NCBI GenBank assembly: GCA_016872415.1
Contig: VGZX01000003.1
Span: 3,118-67,117 of the forward strand
Direction: 5' to 3'
DNA length: 64,000 bases
From: SAR202 cluster bacterium
GTDB lineage: Bacteria > Chloroflexota > Dehalococcoidia > Lucifugimonadales > Australimonadaceae
Below are positions 21,339 through 31,288 of this stretch, piece after piece (within the stretch, counting starts at the first letter, position 1; every line of letters begins with the position of its first letter). A model generated the notes under the pieces. It saw nothing but the letters and a program-made list of their open reading frames with translations. It was not told where the DNA came from and did no database searches. Position numbers and translations under genes: made by a program.

Positions 21339-22811
21339 TTACTCTAGCGTTCGTACCTGCGGGAAGAGTACCACGTCGCGAATGCTGGGCTGGCCCGTGA
21401 GCAGCATGACCAAGCGGTCGATGCCGATGCCAAGTCCGCCGGTCGGCGGCATGCCGTGCTCCAACGCGGTGATGAAATCGTCGTCGAGCCGGTCCAAGTC
21501 CTCGCCCTGGTACTGCTTGCGGAGGCGTTCCTGCTCCTCCAGCCGTTCGCGTTGGACCTTCGGGTCGTTCAGCTCGGTGAAGGAGTTCGCGATCTCCATG
21601 CCGGCGGCGAACGCCTCGAACCGCTCGGCGTAGCCGGGGTTGTCCGGGCTCTCCTTCGCGAGCGGCGACATTTCCACGGGATAGTTCACCAGGAACGTCG
21701 GCTGGATGAACTTCGGTTCGACGTAGGTGCCGACGAGCTTATCGACCAGCTTCCCGCGGCTTTCGCCATACGTCACCGGTATGTTGTCCTGGCGCATCCG
21801 GTCGGCGAGCGAGCGGGCATCCGGGTATTGGTTCAGGTCGATGCCCGTGTGTCGCAGCACCGCGTCGCGCAGGTCCACGCGCGGCCACGGCGCCTTCAGG
21901 TGAATCTCCCGCCCTTCGTGGGAGATCGTCGTGGTGCCCAGCGCCTCCAGCGCCACCCACGGCACCAGCTCCTCCACCATGCGCATCACGTCATTGTAAT
22001 CGGCGTAGGCCTCGTAGCTCTCCAGCAACGTGAATTCCGGGTTGTGGTCCTGGTCGATGCCCTCGTTGCGGAACACGCGGCCGATCTCGTAAACCTTGTC
22101 CATGCCGCCGACGATCAGGCGCTTGAGATACAGTTCCGTGGCGATGCGAAGGAACAGCTGCCGGTCGAGCGCGTTGTGGTGGGTGACGAACGGTTGGGCC
22201 ATGGCGCCGGCGGGCACGGGCACCAACACCGGAGTCTCGACTTCGAGGAAGCCGCGGCCATCGAAGAAGCGTCGTATGGCGCTCACGATGCGGCTTCGCC
22301 GGCGCATGACTTCGAGCACGTCGCGGTTCGATATGAGATCGAGGTAGCGCTGGCGGTAACGCTTCTCGGTGTCCTGCAGCCCATGAAATTTCTCGGGCGG
22401 CGGCAGCACGGCCTTGGCGAGGAGGCTGAGGGACCGCACCTCGACCGATATCTCGCCCATCTTCGTCCGGATCAGCGTGCCGGTGGCGCCGACGAAATCG
22501 CCAAGGTCCAGCTGCTCCAACAGACCGTAAGACTCGCCAAGCGCATCCTGGCGCATGAACAGCTGAATGCGCCCGTCGCCGTCCATCACGTCGGCGAACG
22601 ACGCCTTGCCCATGCCGCGCATGCGGATGACACGCCCCGCCACGGCCACCGTCGCCGGCTCACCGGGCGGCGTGCGCTCGAACAGCGCGACCGCCTCGGT
22701 CGTCGTGTGGGTGCGGTGAAACCGCGGCGGATAGGGGTCGACGCCACGGTCGCGGAGTCGCGCGAGCTTGGCTTCGCGGCTCGCCCTCAGTTCATCACCA
22801 CGTTGCGGCAT
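21339..22811 (-). CDS. lysS: Lysyl-tRNA synthetase (class II)
   Basis: RYRQRYLDL, FLEVETP, LRIATELYLKRLIVGG, FRNEGID..HNPEFT, GMPPTGGLGIGIDRL. Confidence 0.98.
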   Translation of the reverse strand: MPQRGDELRASREAKLARLRDRGVDPYPPRFHRTHTTTEAVALFERTPPGEPATVAVAGRVIRMRGMGKASFADVMDGDGRIQLFMRQDALGESYGLLEQLDLGDFVGATGTLIRTKMGEISVEVRSLSLLAKAVLPPPEKFHGLQDTEKRYRQRYLDLISNRDVLEVMRRRSRIVSAIRRFFDGRGFLEVETPVLVPVPAGAMAQPFVTHHNALDRQLFLRIATELYLKRLIVGGMDKVYEIGRVFRNEGIDQDHNPEFTLLESYEAYADYNDVMRMVEELVPWVALEALGTTTISHEGREIHLKAPWPRVDLRDAVLRHTGIDLNQYPDARSLADRMRQDNIPVTYGESRGKLVDKLVGTYVEPKFIQPTFLVNYPVEMSPLAKESPDNPGYAERFEAFAAGMEIANSFTELNDPKVQRERLEEQERLRKQYQGEDLDRLDDDFITALEHGMPPTGGLGIGIDRLVMLLTGQPSIRDVVLFPQVRTLE

Positions 22812-22855
22812 GGGGGCTCCGGTGCGAAAGGGCGTTGGGTGGGCGCACGAGCAGG

Positions 22856-23344
22856 TTAGCGGACTTCCAGCACCTTGAGGCGCTGCACGCCCGAGGGCAC
22901 CGTGAACTCGACCGTCTGCCCGACCTTCTTGCCGAGCAGCGCGCGGCCGATGGGCGATTCGTTGGAGATGCGCCCTTCCGCCGGCGCCGCCTCGGTGGTG
23001 CCGACGATGGTATATTTCCGCTTCTTGTTGTCGGCTGCCGATTGCACGGTGACGATGGAGCCAATCTCGATCACGCCGGACTTCGTGCCGCCCTTGGACT
23101 TGCTGTGATCGGGAATGATGACGGCGCTTTGAATCATGGCTTCCAAGTCGATGATACGCCCCTCGACGAACGATTGCTCATTCTTCGCCTCTTCGTACTC
23201 GGCATTGTCCACCGTGCCGCCGATCTCCTTGGCCTCTTGGATGCGGTCGGCGACCTCCTGGCGGCGGACCGAGCGGAGCTGATCGAGCTCCTCCTGGAGT
23301 TGCCGCAGGCCCTGGGGTGTGAGGTAGGTCTCTTCGGGAGCCAC
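22856..23344 (-). CDS. greA: Transcription elongation factor GreA
   Basis: LTPQG..QL..EL, DNAEYEEAK.EQ, GRISNESPIGRALLGKK. Confidence 0.96.
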   Translation of the reverse strand: MAPEETYLTPQGLRQLQEELDQLRSVRRQEVADRIQEAKEIGGTVDNAEYEEAKNEQSFVEGRIIDLEAMIQSAVIIPDHSKSKGGTKSGVIEIGSIVTVQSAADNKKRKYTIVGTTEAAPAEGRISNESPIGRALLGKKVGQTVEFTVPSGVQRLKVLEVR

Positions 23345-23395
23345 GTGACACCTCCCAAGAATGGCCGTCTTGGAGCCGGGAATCGGACACTTAAG

Positions 23396-23450
23396 AAAAA
23401 ACTGAGACGCAGGCGACGCCTTTTGGATACGACATCGCCCGTTTGCTCAG
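23396..23450 (-). terminator. Intrinsic terminator-like hairpin in the greA 5' leader
   Basis: Minus-strand RNA CUGAG..GGCGAUGUC-loop-GGCGUCGCC..CUCAG followed by UUUUUU. Confidence 0.6.
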
Positions 23451-23458
23451 CTCGCGAC

Positions 23459-23488
23459 ATTTTACCCGTGCGGCCCACCGAGTGTAAA
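23459..23488 (-). promoter_or_regulatory. Sigma70-type promoter for greA-lysS-serS
   Basis: Minus strand TTTACA-18 nt-TAAAAT in an AT-rich intergenic stretch. Confidence 0.55.
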
Positions 23489-23637
23489 CGTGAGCCTTTC
23501 GACCATGCAGAATATGAAACGAAGCCTAAAATCAAATTTACATGCAAATCTAATCCATTGACCAAGATAATGGTCCCCCGTACCATGCCGTGCGTGATGC
23601 ACTTCGTAACGGCGTGCGGCGTCCCGCGGGGCGCGGC

Positions 23638-24198
23638 ATGCGCGTAACCGGAGGATCAGCCAGGGGCGTTCCGTTGCAGTCGCCCAAGGCTCCCGGCGTC
23701 CGCCCCACGATGGATCGCGTCCGCAGCGCCCTGTTCAGCATCCTGGCGCCGTCTGGGCTGGAGGATGCCGAGGTGGCGGACTTGTTCGCCGGCACGGGTT
23801 CGCTGGGCATCGAGGCGTTGAGCAGAGGCGCCGCCCACTCGGACTTCGTGGAGGCGAACGCCAGGCAGGTGGCGGTGATCCGCGCCAACCTGGCGGCTGC
23901 GAAGGTGGCGGACCGGGCCCGGGTGCTGCACATGAAGGTGGAGCGGGCGCTGGGCCAGCTCGACCGGCGGTATGACTTGGTGCTGATGGACCCGCCGTAC
24001 GCGCAGCCATTCCCTGCGCAAGTGGTGGAGCAGTTGGCGAGCGCGGGGCTATTGACGTCCGACGCCATCGTGATCGTGGGCCACGCCACCAGGGTGGCCG
24101 TGCCCGGCCGCTGTGGCGGGTTGGTGTTGTGGCAGGACCGCCAGTACGGCGACTCCTCGCTCGCGTTCTATCGCCGTGACGCGGAGGCGGCATCGTGA
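23638..24198 (+). CDS. rsmD: 16S rRNA m2G966 methyltransferase
   Basis: MRVTGGSARG, VRPTMDRVR.ALF, DLFAGTGSLGIEALSRGA, DPPY; precedes coaD. Confidence 0.93.
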   Translation: MRVTGGSARGVPLQSPKAPGVRPTMDRVRSALFSILAPSGLEDAEVADLFAGTGSLGIEALSRGAAHSDFVEANARQVAVIRANLAAAKVADRARVLHMKVERALGQLDRRYDLVLMDPPYAQPFPAQVVEQLASAGLLTSDAIVIVGHATRVAVPGRCGGLVLWQDRQYGDSSLAFYRRDAEAAS

Positions 24199-24683
24199 CC
24201 ATCGCGGTGTACCCTGGCCGGTTCGATCCGGTCACGAATGGGCACTTGGACATCATCCGGCGCGCCGCCAAACTGTTCGAGCGCGTCGTCGTTGCCGTCT
24301 ACGACGCGCCGGAACGACCCACGCTGTTCACCGCTGGCGAGCGCGTGGCCTTGATTCGCGAATCCATTCAGGATTTGAGCAACGTATCGATAACCAGCTT
24401 CCACGGACTCGTCGTCGATTTCGCCAGGAGGCAGAACGCGACGGCGATCGTGCGCGGCATCCGCAAGAACGCCGACTTCGAGTATGAGTTCGAGATGGCG
24501 CTCATGAACCGGAAGCTGGCGCCGGACATTGATGTGGTGTGCCTGATGACGGACCTGCAGTACCAGTACGTGCGGGCCAGCCTGTTACGAGAGGTCGCGC
24601 GGCTTGGCGGTGACGTCACCAGCCTGGCCCCTCCCAACGTGATCACGGCGTTGAGAGCTAAGCAGGGACAGCGGAAGAGTTAA
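24195..24683 (+). CDS. coaD: Phosphopantetheine adenylyltransferase
   Basis: AVYPGRFDPVTNGHLDII, IVRGIR...DFEYEF.MA.MN. Confidence 0.97.
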   Translation: MTIAVYPGRFDPVTNGHLDIIRRAAKLFERVVVAVYDAPERPTLFTAGERVALIRESIQDLSNVSITSFHGLVVDFARRQNATAIVRGIRKNADFEYEFEMALMNRKLAPDIDVVCLMTDLQYQYVRASLLREVARLGGDVTSLAPPNVITALRAKQGQRKS

Positions 24684-24707
24684 CACACGGAACCGAGGAG
24701 TTGAGCC

Positions 24708-25217
24708 ATGGAGATCTTGGAGTTGGTCGACCGGTTGGAAGCGATGGCTACCCACGCCAAAAAGGTGCCCATCACTGGCCGCGCCATGATCGACGCGGAG
24801 AAGTTGCTGGAGCTGGTGGATCAGATGCGCCTGTCGATACCGCGCAACATCGGGGAGGCGCAGGAGGTGCTGGACCGCCGCGAGCAGATCTTGAACCAGA
24901 CGATGATCGACGCCAAGCGCGTGAAGGCGGCGGCGGAGAACGAAGCCGGCAAGCGCGTGGACGACAACGAGCTGGTGAAGAACGCGAAGAAGCGCGCAGA
25001 CGAGATCGTTCAGGAGGCGCACGTGAAAAGCGAGCGCCTGCTGCAAGCCGTGGAGATGGAAGCCCGCAACCGCAAGGCCAACGCCGACACCTATGCCCAC
25101 GAGGTGTTGACGAAGCTGGAGGAAGAGGTCGCGAACATCCTCAGCACCGTCCGCACGGGCATCCGCGTGCTCTCGCCCAGCTCCGACGGCTCGGAGCGCT
25201 TCGTCAAGTCGTCCTAG
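24708..25217 (+). CDS. Conserved coiled-coil protein following coaD (DivIVA/ATP synthase b-like)
   Basis: MEILELVDRLE....AKKVP.TG, coiled coil, ADxYA; this position after rsmD-coaD is a common gene order. Confidence 0.7.
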   Translation: MEILELVDRLEAMATHAKKVPITGRAMIDAEKLLELVDQMRLSIPRNIGEAQEVLDRREQILNQTMIDAKRVKAAAENEAGKRVDDNELVKNAKKRADEIVQEAHVKSERLLQAVEMEARNRKANADTYAHEVLTKLEEEVANILSTVRTGIRVLSPSSDGSERFVKSS

Positions 25218-25407
25218 GCGGCAATCGCTGCCCAGCGGAACAACCAACGGGCAGGGGACGGGCCGCTCGCCCGCGCGCAACATGCGGGGCGGGCGGCCCG
25301 TCGGCATTCCGGGGCGGCGCTGGCGGCATAGCCGTGCGCTATACTCGGCGGATAACACCCCGGCCCACCGAGCGCGCAGGCTCCAGGGGCCGTCGCTGGA
25401 GGCCCAT

Positions 25408-26766
25408 ATGCCGCCGACCAAGACGCTCGCGGAGTTCGTGATCGACACGAAGGCCGACGCGATTCCCGATTGGGTCTTGCACGAGTCGACGCGTACCCTC
25501 ATCAACCTGCTCGCGATCTCGCTCTCCGCGTCCCGCCACCCCACCGCCGGCACGCTGGAGGCATGGGCCAGGGCCGAAGGCGGCAACCCGCGCGCCACGG
25601 TCATCGGCAGCGGCATGCGGACGAGCCTCGGCCACGCCTCGCTCATCAACGGCTACCTCGCCCACCTGCAGGACTACGACGACACGCACTTTCCCACCGT
25701 CCTGCACCCGACCGCGCCCACCTGGCCCGCCGTGCTCGCCGCCGCGGAGACGACCCGGGCTCGCGGCCGCGACGTGCTCGCCGCGTTCGCCCTTGGCGCC
25801 GAGGCCTGCTGCCGTGTCGCGCTGTCCACCCACCCCTGGCACTACGACGAGGGTTGGCACATCACCGGCACCGTCGGCGCGTTTGGCGCCGCGGCCGGCG
25901 CCGGGTGGCTGCTCGGCCTCGATTCGACTCAAATGGTGCACGCGTTCGGCCTCGCCGGTACGCAGGCGCTCGGCCTCCGCGAGGTGTTTGGCAGCACGGG
26001 GAAGCCGCTGCACCCGGGCAAGGCCGCCAGCAACGGATTGCAGGCGGCGCAGCTCGCCAAGGAGGGCATGACCTCGACCGATGAAATCCTGGCCGGGCGG
26101 CGCGGCTTCTGGGCCGTGCTGTGCGGCGGCAAGTCCAACGAGGAGGCGCTGCTGGCCGGGCTCGGCGAGCGGTGGGAACTGAAGAACAACGGCCTGAAGC
26201 CGTACGCGAACGGCATCGTCTCGCACCCCATTCAAGAGGCGGTCATCGCGTTGCGGAACCGGCACCACCTCCAGCCGGACCAAGTGCAGTCCATCGCTGC
26301 CCGCACCCACCCGCTGGTGCCGGAGCTGATGAACAGGCCGAACCCGCGCGTGGGGCTCGAAGGCAAGTTTTCGTTCCAACATTGCGCCGCGGCTGCCCTG
26401 GTCGACGGCGCCGGCCACGACGCGCAGTTCACCGACGCCAAGGTGCTCGACCCCGTCATTTCCGCCGTTCGAGCAAAGGTTTCGGCGACGCCGGACAAGT
26501 CGATCGAGGAGGAGGAGGTACACCTCTCGATCACGCTGACCGACGGCCGCGTCGTGTCCATGCACATCGAGCATGCCGCCGGCTCCCCCAAGAACCCGAT
26601 GTCGGACGCGGCGCTGGAGGCGAAGTTCCGCGCGCTCGCGACCGAGGTGCTCGACGAGCAGCAGGCCGAGCGGCTGCTGGAAGCCGCGTGGCGACTGGAC
26701 CAGGCCTCGAACATCCACGAGGTGATGACCCTGGCTTCACGCCAAACGGCCGCCAGCCCCGGCTGA
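25408..26766 (+). CDS. MmgE/PrpD family protein
   Basis: HLQDYDDTH....LHP, GWHITGT.G, GKPLHPGKAA, LKPY.....HP, KFS..HC.A; GGAGG RBS. Confidence 0.92.
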   Translation: MPPTKTLAEFVIDTKADAIPDWVLHESTRTLINLLAISLSASRHPTAGTLEAWARAEGGNPRATVIGSGMRTSLGHASLINGYLAHLQDYDDTHFPTVLHPTAPTWPAVLAAAETTRARGRDVLAAFALGAEACCRVALSTHPWHYDEGWHITGTVGAFGAAAGAGWLLGLDSTQMVHAFGLAGTQALGLREVFGSTGKPLHPGKAASNGLQAAQLAKEGMTSTDEILAGRRGFWAVLCGGKSNEEALLAGLGERWELKNNGLKPYANGIVSHPIQEAVIALRNRHHLQPDQVQSIAARTHPLVPELMNRPNPRVGLEGKFSFQHCAAAALVDGAGHDAQFTDAKVLDPVISAVRAKVSATPDKSIEEEEVHLSITLTDGRVVSMHIEHAAGSPKNPMSDAALEAKFRALATEVLDEQQAERLLEAAWRLDQASNIHEVMTLASRQTAASPG

Positions 26767-26808
26767 CGCCGGCTGCCGTTCCGTTTCGACGTGGCAAAGG
26801 GCTGAAGC

Positions 26809-27708
26809 GTGGCGAAACAGCAATCGGCCGCCGGACATGCGCGCGCGACGGGCACCTACGGTTGGTTGGCCGTGGGTGTCCTCAGCGTATCCGGCGCGTC
26901 CATCTTCATCCGCCTCGCCGACGCCCCATCGCTCGCGATCGCCGCGCTGCGAATGCTCATCGCCTCGGCGGTGGTGGCCGGCGGCGCGCTGCTGCTGGCG
27001 CGCGACGGGCTGCGCCGGCTCACCCGCGACGATGTCAAATGGCTGGCGGTTTCAGGGCTCTTCCTCGCGGCGCACTTCGCCGCCTGGATCACGTCGCTGG
27101 ACTACACCTCGGTCGCGAGCAGCGTCCTGCTGGTGACAACGACGCCCATCTTCACGGCCGTCGGTTCCGTCGTCTTCTTGCGGGAGCGCGTCAGCGGCGC
27201 GATGGCCGTGGCAATCGCGCTCACCATGGCGGGCGGCTTCCTGCTGGCCCTGGACAACAGCGGGGGTGAGCGGCACCTGCTGGGCGACGCGCTGGCCCTG
27301 CTGGGTGCCGTGGCGGTGGCCGGCTACTGGATGGTGGGACGGAAAGTGCGCGGTCACATCGGCATCCTGCCATACGTCGCCGTCGTGTACCCGGTGGCGG
27401 CGCTGACGCTGCTGGCGGTCGCGATGATGTTCCAAACGCCGATCGCGGGCTTGCCCGCCTCCGCCTATGGCTGGATAGCCCTGGCGGCGCTGCTACCGCA
27501 GGTTGTCGGCCACAGCCTGCTCAACTGGTCGCTGGCGCACGTGCCGCCCATTGTCGTGACCATCGCCGTCCGGGGCGAGACGGTCGTCGCGACGTTGCTG
27601 GCTATCCCAATCCTGGGCGAGGTGCCGGGCTGGACGGTGGTGCCAGGCGGTGCGCTGCTGCTCGCCGGCGCCTTACTCGCCATAAGAGACGAGCGCGCGA
27701 CCGGCTAG
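26809..27708 (+). CDS. DMT/EamA family transporter
   Basis: About 10 hydrophobic segments; FLAAHFAAWITSLDYTSVASS, PQVVGHSLLNWSL. Confidence 0.9.
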   Translation: MAKQQSAAGHARATGTYGWLAVGVLSVSGASIFIRLADAPSLAIAALRMLIASAVVAGGALLLARDGLRRLTRDDVKWLAVSGLFLAAHFAAWITSLDYTSVASSVLLVTTTPIFTAVGSVVFLRERVSGAMAVAIALTMAGGFLLALDNSGGERHLLGDALALLGAVAVAGYWMVGRKVRGHIGILPYVAVVYPVAALTLLAVAMMFQTPIAGLPASAYGWIALAALLPQVVGHSLLNWSLAHVPPIVVTIAVRGETVVATLLAIPILGEVPGWTVVPGGALLLAGALLAIRDERATG

Positions 27709-27747
27709 CCACCGGCTCTCTATAATGACGACAGCCGGGCCCGCGCA

Positions 27748-29508
27748 ATGGCAATCATGCTCGCCGAACTCTCGGTCCGTAACTTCGCAGTGATTCAAGA
27801 GACCCGGCTGAGCCTGGGCCCTGGATTCAACGTGGTCACCGGCGAAACCGGCGCCGGCAAATCGCTGCTGGTCGACGCGCTCGTCGCCGTGCTGGGTGGC
27901 CGCGCCGACCGCGACCTCATCCGCTCCGACGCGAACGCGGCCTACGTCGAGGCGGTCTTCCACCTGCCTATCGACGGAGGCGACTGGCCGGAGGCGCTGG
28001 CCGAGCATGGCGTGGAGATCGGCGCGGACGGCGTGCTCGTTCTCTCCCGCGATATCGCTCGCGAAGGCCGCACCACGAGCCGGGTGAACGGACGCGCCGT
28101 CCCCCTGCACGCGATCAAGGCCATCGGCTCCCGGCTCGTGGACATTCATGGGCAAAGCGCGCACCTTTCGCTGCTGGAGCCGTCCTTCCAACTCGCGCTG
28201 CTGGACGCCTCCGCCGGGCTGCAGCCGCAGCGGGCCGAAGTGGCCGCCGTCGTCGCCGAGGCGCGGCGCATCGAGCAGGCCATCGCGTCCATCGCGACCA
28301 ACGACCGCCTTGCGGAGCAACGTCGCGACCTGCTAGCCAACCAGATCAACGAAATCAACTCCGCGAAGTTGACTCTCGGCGAGGAGGACGAGCTGCTCCG
28401 AGCCCGCGATGTGCTGGCGAACGCCCGGGCGATTCAGGAAGCGTGCGCCGGCGCCTACCGCGTGCTCTACGAGGGCGGGCGCAACGCGAGCGACCTGATC
28501 GCCAACGCGCTGCGAACGCTGCGGCACGCGCCGGACCCGACGGGCGCCCTGGCGCCGCGGATCGCCGTGCTTGAAGCCGCGCTCATCCAGGTGCAAGACG
28601 CCGCCCGGGAGATACGCTCGTTCGGTGAGTCGATCGAGCAAGACCCGCGAGGGTTGGACGAGATCGAGGACCGCTTGCAGTTCCTCAAGCGGCTGAAGCG
28701 CAAGTATGGCGACTCGGTTCCGGCGATGCTCGCCTTCGCCGCGAACGCCCAGCGTGAGCTGGAATCGCTGGATACCTCGGCCGAGCGGCGATCCGAACTG
28801 GAACGGCAGCTCCAGCGAGCGGTGGACGAGGCGGGGCGCTTGGCATGGTCGCTCGCGGAGGCGCGAGGGAAGGCCGCCGCGGCGCTCGAATCGGCGGTGG
28901 CGAGCGAGCTTGCCGATGTCGGCCTCGGCCGCGTCCGGTTCGCCGTCTCGCTCGCGAGACGGCCATCGGCTCAGGGGATACCGGGTGCCGACGGGCAGCG
29001 TTACGCGTTCACCGCGAGCGGCATCGACCAGGTCGAATTCCTCGTTGCCACCAACCCCGGCGAGGCGCTGAAACCGCTTGGCCGCGTCGCGTCCGGCGGC
29101 GAGACATCCCGCCTGATGCTGGCGATCAAAAGCGCGCTGCGGGCATCCAACGGCGTGCCGACGCTGGTGTTCGACGAAGTCGACAGCGGCATCGGTGGCC
29201 GCGCTGGGGAGGCGGTAGGCCGCAAGATGGCACGCCTCGGCCGGCACAGCCAGGTGCTTTGCGTGACCCACCTACCGCAGATCGCCGCCTTCGCCGACGG
29301 ACATTTCCGGGTCGACAAGGCCGTGCTGGAAGAGCGGACGTTCGCCCAGGTGGAGATGCTTGGGGCGGAGGAGCGCGTGCGCGAGTTGGCGTTGATGCTG
29401 GCGGGGCACGACACGCCGGACTTGCGCGAAGCGGCGCGACAGATGCTGGAGCGGGCCCGCGCGCCCTCCGCCACGTCGGCATCCGGTCGGCGCGACGGCA
29501 AGCGTTAG
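27748..29508 (+). CDS. recN: DNA repair protein RecN
   Basis: LSVRNFAVI, TGETGAGKS, DIHGQ, ASGGETSRLMLA, VFDEVDSG, CVTHLPQIAA; TATAAT at 27721-27726. Confidence 0.97.
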   Translation: MAIMLAELSVRNFAVIQETRLSLGPGFNVVTGETGAGKSLLVDALVAVLGGRADRDLIRSDANAAYVEAVFHLPIDGGDWPEALAEHGVEIGADGVLVLSRDIAREGRTTSRVNGRAVPLHAIKAIGSRLVDIHGQSAHLSLLEPSFQLALLDASAGLQPQRAEVAAVVAEARRIEQAIASIATNDRLAEQRRDLLANQINEINSAKLTLGEEDELLRARDVLANARAIQEACAGAYRVLYEGGRNASDLIANALRTLRHAPDPTGALAPRIAVLEAALIQVQDAAREIRSFGESIEQDPRGLDEIEDRLQFLKRLKRKYGDSVPAMLAFAANAQRELESLDTSAERRSELERQLQRAVDEAGRLAWSLAEARGKAAAALESAVASELADVGLGRVRFAVSLARRPSAQGIPGADGQRYAFTASGIDQVEFLVATNPGEALKPLGRVASGGETSRLMLAIKSALRASNGVPTLVFDEVDSGIGGRAGEAVGRKMARLGRHSQVLCVTHLPQIAAFADGHFRVDKAVLEERTFAQVEMLGAEERVRELALMLAGHDTPDLREAARQMLERARAPSATSASGRRDGKR

Positions 29509-29733
29509 AGCTGGCGGTACTGCGCGAAGGCGCGCCGCCGCCAGGCCATCGCCCCGATGAGGGGCGCCACCACCATCCAAAGCCCGATCGTCACGACCAT
29601 CGCCTTGACGTACCCGATGGTCCCGACCCCCACGTCGGGGGGCGACAATGCCCCAAAAGAGCATGGTGAGCCAAGAGCTGAAAAAGAAGCTGATGCCGGC
29701 CGTGGGAATCGCGAGGATGGCGAGGCAACCCAT
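29505..29733 (-). pseudogene. Small two-TM membrane protein, frameshifted in a G6 run at 29637-29642
   Basis: AGGAGG RBS; MGCLAILAIP...FWGIVAP. Removing one base gives DVGVGTIGYVKAMVVTIGLWMVVAPLIGAMAWRRRAFAQYRQL* (75 aa). Span of 229 nt is 3n+1. Confidence 0.6.
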
Positions 29734-29768
29734 GGACGGACCTCCTGCGCGACGGTTGGCTTGGCCGT

Positions 29769-30689
29769 CTAGGGATTGGGCGCCGGCGCCGCGGCTGTCG
29801 CGGAGCGGTCGCCCTCGATGGCCGTGTTCATCGCCGCGATGGCGACCTCGATCTGCTGGTCGTCAGGTGGGCGCGTGGTGAGCTTCTGCATGGCGAGGCT
29901 GGGCAGCGTGAGCAGCCGCACCAGCGCGTTGGCCTCATGCCGGGCATTGAAGCGGATGACCTCGTAGCTCACGCCCGCGATGAGTGGGATCAGCAAAATG
30001 CGCGACGCGATGCGGAGCGGCAGCGCCGGCGTGCCCAGCAGCGCGAAGACGACGATGGACACCAGCATCACCGTGAGGAGGAACGCGGTGCCGCAGCGCG
30101 GGTGGGCGGCGGGGAACTTCCGCACGTTGGCCGTGTCCAGCGGCAGGCGGTGCTCGTGCGCGTGCACGGCCATGTGCTCGGCGGCATGATAGGCGAACAC
30201 GCGGCGGATGCTGGGCATCATGCCGATGAGCGAGATGTAGGCGATGAAGATGAGCAGCCGCAACACGCCCTCGGTGAAGTTGCTGGCGACGGAGTTGCTG
30301 ACGAACCGGTCGACCAGGGAATGGGTGATGACCAGCGGCAGCACGAAGAACAAGCCGATGCCAAGGCCGAGCGATAGGGCGATCGTCAGCGCGAGGCTCC
30401 ACGCCGGTATCGGCTTGTCGTTCTCCTTGCCTTCCTCGCCGGCCGCGATCTGCGCCGAGAAGGTCAGGGCCTTCATGCCGACGACGAGCGTTTCGATGAG
30501 GACGAGCGTGCCCCGGAGCAGCGGTATCTTCCGCCAGCTGCCGGCGCCCCACACCGGCACATGGTTCAGCTCGGTGCAAATCGTGCCGTCGGGACGGCGC
30601 GCGGCCACGCTGTAGACGTGGCGCCCGCGGATCATCACGCCCTCGATGACCGCCTGTCCGCCATAAGTAAACTGTTGTTGCTGGGCCAT
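29769..30689 (-). CDS. DUF1385 family membrane protein
   Basis: YGGQAVIEGVM, RVFAYHAAEH, HPRCGTAF, Q.LTTR.PDD.Q.EVAI; typical neighbour of rpmE. Confidence 0.92.
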   Translation of the reverse strand: MAQQQQFTYGGQAVIEGVMIRGRHVYSVAARRPDGTICTELNHVPVWGAGSWRKIPLLRGTLVLIETLVVGMKALTFSAQIAAGEEGKENDKPIPAWSLALTIALSLGLGIGLFFVLPLVITHSLVDRFVSNSVASNFTEGVLRLLIFIAYISLIGMMPSIRRVFAYHAAEHMAVHAHEHRLPLDTANVRKFPAAHPRCGTAFLLTVMLVSIVVFALLGTPALPLRIASRILLIPLIAGVSYEVIRFNARHEANALVRLLTLPSLAMQKLTTRPPDDQQIEVAIAAMNTAIEGDRSATAAAPAPNP

Positions 30690-30788
30690 GTCGTAACCTC
30701 TAGCCGCGCGGCGACCCCGCCGATTACAGGACCGCCCCGAGCGGTGTCGGGGCGGTCGAACGAACTGCATTCTGGTCCAGGGCTCGTC

Positions 30789-30992
30789 TCACTTCAGGTT
30801 GAAGCGGCGCTTCAGGCGCTCGACGCGGCCCTCGGTGTCCACGATGCGCGATTCGCCGGTGTAGTGCGGGTGGCAATTCGAGCAGATTTCCACCTTGATC
30901 AGCGGCTGCGTCGCGCCGGTGGTGAAGGTGTTGCCACAGATACAGACGACCTGCGCGTCCGGGTAGTACTTGGGATGGATCTCGGTCTTCAT
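30789..30992 (-). CDS. rpmE: 50S ribosomal protein L31 (Zn-binding C+ type)
   Basis: MKTEIHPKY, CICG, EICSNCHPHYTG, VDTEGRVERL. Confidence 0.96.
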   Translation of the reverse strand: MKTEIHPKYYPDAQVVCICGNTFTTGATQPLIKVEICSNCHPHYTGESRIVDTEGRVERLKRRFNLK

Positions 30993-31020
30993 CGATTCCT
31001 CCTCGGCGACTTCGCCGCTG

Positions 31021-31284
31021 CTAAGCGGTGCCGACGGGCACGACGTTCGCCCGCTTCTTACCCTTAGATGCGTAATCAAAATCGACGGTGCCGTCGACGA
31101 GCGCGAACAGCGTGAAGTCCCTGCCGACGCCCACGTTGCGGCCCGGCGCGACCTTGGTGCCACGCTGGCGAATGATGATCGTGCCAGCGCGCACGTCTTG
31201 GCCGGCGAAGCGCTTCACGCCGAGGCGCTGGCCGTGACTGTCGCGGCCGTTGCTGCTGCTGCCGCCTGCTTTCTTTTGTGCCAC
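31021..31284 (-). CDS. rpmA: 50S ribosomal protein L27
   Basis: [29 protein letters not shown]. Confidence 0.97.
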   Translation of the reverse strand: MAQKKAGGSSSNGRDSHGQRLGVKRFAGQDVRAGTIIIRQRGTKVAPGRNVGVGRDFTLFALVDGTVDFDYASKGKKRANVVPVGTA

Positions 31285-31288
31285 GAGA

